A DNA stretch of 64,000 nt, taken from NCBI RefSeq assembly GCF_963853765.1, contig NC_088857.1:40300001-40364000 (forward strand), read 5' to 3'. Under the pieces are notes generated by a model, which searched no databases, was not told the DNA's origin, and saw only the letters and a list, made by a program, of their open reading frames with translations. The translations under genes were made by a program, and so were the position numbers. The DNA comes from Magallana gigas (Eukaryota). Below, in pieces: positions 62,214 through 64,000 of the stretch (position 1 is the stretch's first letter; every line of letters begins with the position of its first letter).

Positions 62214-62994
62214 TTCGGCGGTATCTGTTTATGGTTGTACAAAACTTTGTTTAAAATGAACAAACCTACTGCCCCCTATCAACCCGTTTCAACTTCTCTA
62301 TCCATTCCCTATTAATATCGCAACTCCCAGTTGCATGCACGTGTATTGGAGACATTGTGCATCCCCATAATGTGTTGGTTTGCTAATTCAAAACCTTATT
62401 GCTATTCGTCATGATTGAAAAAGACTTGAAGTGTCGTTGTTACTTATCTTGAAGTATTGAATTGAATTGATTTGTTTATATTGTTTATTGCGTTGCATTA
62501 AAAGGCAGGATGTCTTGTTCGCCGAATCGCCGCCTTTTGATGGGCGGATGGATTGCGGTACCCGTGTCTCGCGTCCCGCAATCCACTTGGCAGAATTTTG
62601 CAACAAGCCATCGCTGGCAACTTCTGTTCACCGTCCAGGGTTGCCAGCAATACATGGCTCCTTGTTATCATCATATATAATGACTAAATTACAGCGCCAA
62701 ATGCCAGATTGAGGATCGGCGCTTATCCATTGTAATTTTATAAAACTTATGAATCATATGTACATGTTGAAATTTTTAAATCATAATAAAGCTATGACAG
62801 ATACCGCCAACACTGTAGTCGTTTATTCTTTCAAGATAATCATAAAAGGTGATGATTAATCTTACCATGGTTTCTTAATCGGCAAGTATGACTGTATGTA
62901 GTAGATTTTGCTTCGTCATCTACATTTCTTGTGAAACAAGGCGGGGGGGGGGGGGGGGGGGGGCAATACGCATATGCCTTCACGATCTATATCA

Positions 62995-63233
62995 CATAGG
63001 CGTCGGAAGCTTATTGAATTCGAAAGTGGGGGGGGGGGGTGAACAAAAGTAAGAATGATTCTACTGTCAGGTTATTTTTTTTCTGGATTAATACACTTAC
63101 TCGGGAAATGTGCTATTTTAATGATTCATTCATTCACTTATTCATTCATTATGATTATGTCTATCTTTGCCAAAAAAAGTAAAGGGCTGACCCCCCCCCC
63201 CCCCCCCCCCCAGCCCTGGTCCCGACGCCTATC
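62995..63233. mobile_element. MITE with ATAGGCGTCGG / CCGACGCCTAT TIRs
   Basis: 11-bp perfect TIR with poly-G/C subterminal tracts; related to 3358-3707. Confidence 0.75.
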
Positions 63234-64000
63234 GTACAGTCAAATTTAAATCATAGATTGGACAGGGGTATAATTGGTTCATGTACGTGTATTATGTCAA
63301 TACTCCAGACCAGTCATTGTATTTTATCAAATGTGGATAATTTTTGTTTATCTCACATATTATATAATCTATATACAGGTTCTTTTCTCACTTGAATTCA
63401 TACTTTACGATATGCGTTTATGAATTTAAAATTTTACAAATTAAGTGGCTTTTAATTTTGGTGTAGTTTTGTGTACATCTTTCGTCTTCAGTATACTATT
63501 TCAAACGCAATGAATATCTTTATCTATACATGAGAAAAATGTAATTCTTTTTTCATGAATCATTCCTCCCTCCCAATGAAAATTTTACCACTCTCTATGT
63601 GGTCTCTAGGTGGACCGTCGTTTGCCCTCACGACACCTGGGCATGGGCATTGCTTTACAAAAGAACCTCAACTAAATAAGAAAAGTACATGGCTTTTTTC
63701 TTCTACATTTTAGACAGATAAATACGCGGTATCGTTATTACAATTAACGGTATAATACAACCAAAAACAACATCGCAGACACCTCTCTTTTTGAAAATTG
63801 AAATCAAATAAAACGGTGGACCGAATATTGATATAGGACAACCTTTAAATAAAATTAGTTCGAATTGATTGATAACAAAAAGTCCTTTAATTGATCGGAA
63901 CACCGGGTTTCCGTCCTGATCAAGTTAATAAGGACTCGTCTATTCGATTCGAACCATGCACCGGCCTTTGATATCGCTCAGTGTGCGTCACTTATGATCA

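Larger units (their letters stand above)
57985..62830 (+). mobile_element. Decayed tyrosine-recombinase retrotransposon (DIRS/Ngaro type): gag-like, partial RT, RNase H, YR and SGNH-hydrolase ORFs; outer boundaries uncertain
   Basis: gag-like 58900-59730 (ETWTNAFLVFSSIY, WLNYDIQFR); RT C-terminus (KTEGPSTYITFLG, LVGSLAF); RNase H (SDSSG, ELVPVALAIQIWG, HIDN, HIPGPSNTIADAISR); YR (LIRVGE, HSFRIGA, GRLHSNAFQSY); SGNH (IWIVGSSI, IHCGGN, DYLHLS). Many stops and frameshifts. Confidence 0.9.

Overview
Eukaryotic, AT-rich, intron-rich genomic DNA, most likely from the Pacific oyster group (Magallana/Crassostrea gigas). This is inferred from the AOX protein sequence and the ~166-bp satellite, both recognised from memory rather than by database search. 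Hand-spliced GT-AG gene models: a secreted PAN/apple + Cys-rich + partial C-type-lectin gene (-, ~4.1-5.9 kb); alternative oxidase AOX (-, 10442-14264) with a tandemly duplicated last exon; HUS1 (-, 16613-20109) head-to-head with IQCB1/NPHP5 (+, 20484-30124); PA2G4/EBP1 (-, 31554-36460); a coiled-coil + NHL TRIM-like ORF (-, 39408-40751); and an atypical Rho-family GTPase (-, 55576-57116). The rest is mostly transposon-derived: nested Helentron-like elements carrying satellite arrays, many TA- and TTAA-flanked MITEs, a LINE 3' fragment, an internally deleted Tc1 element, a solo LTR, and a decayed tyrosine-recombinase (DIRS/Ngaro-type) retrotransposon with an SGNH-hydrolase ORF. A ~2.8-kb-core tandem segmental duplication shows empty versus filled insertion sites. 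There is one 173-N assembly gap. No prokaryotic features or CRISPR arrays were found. The most notable items are the AOX duplicated exon (already described in C. virginica), the CAAX-less Rho with altered G-box motifs, and the structured 3' region of the DIRS-like element.
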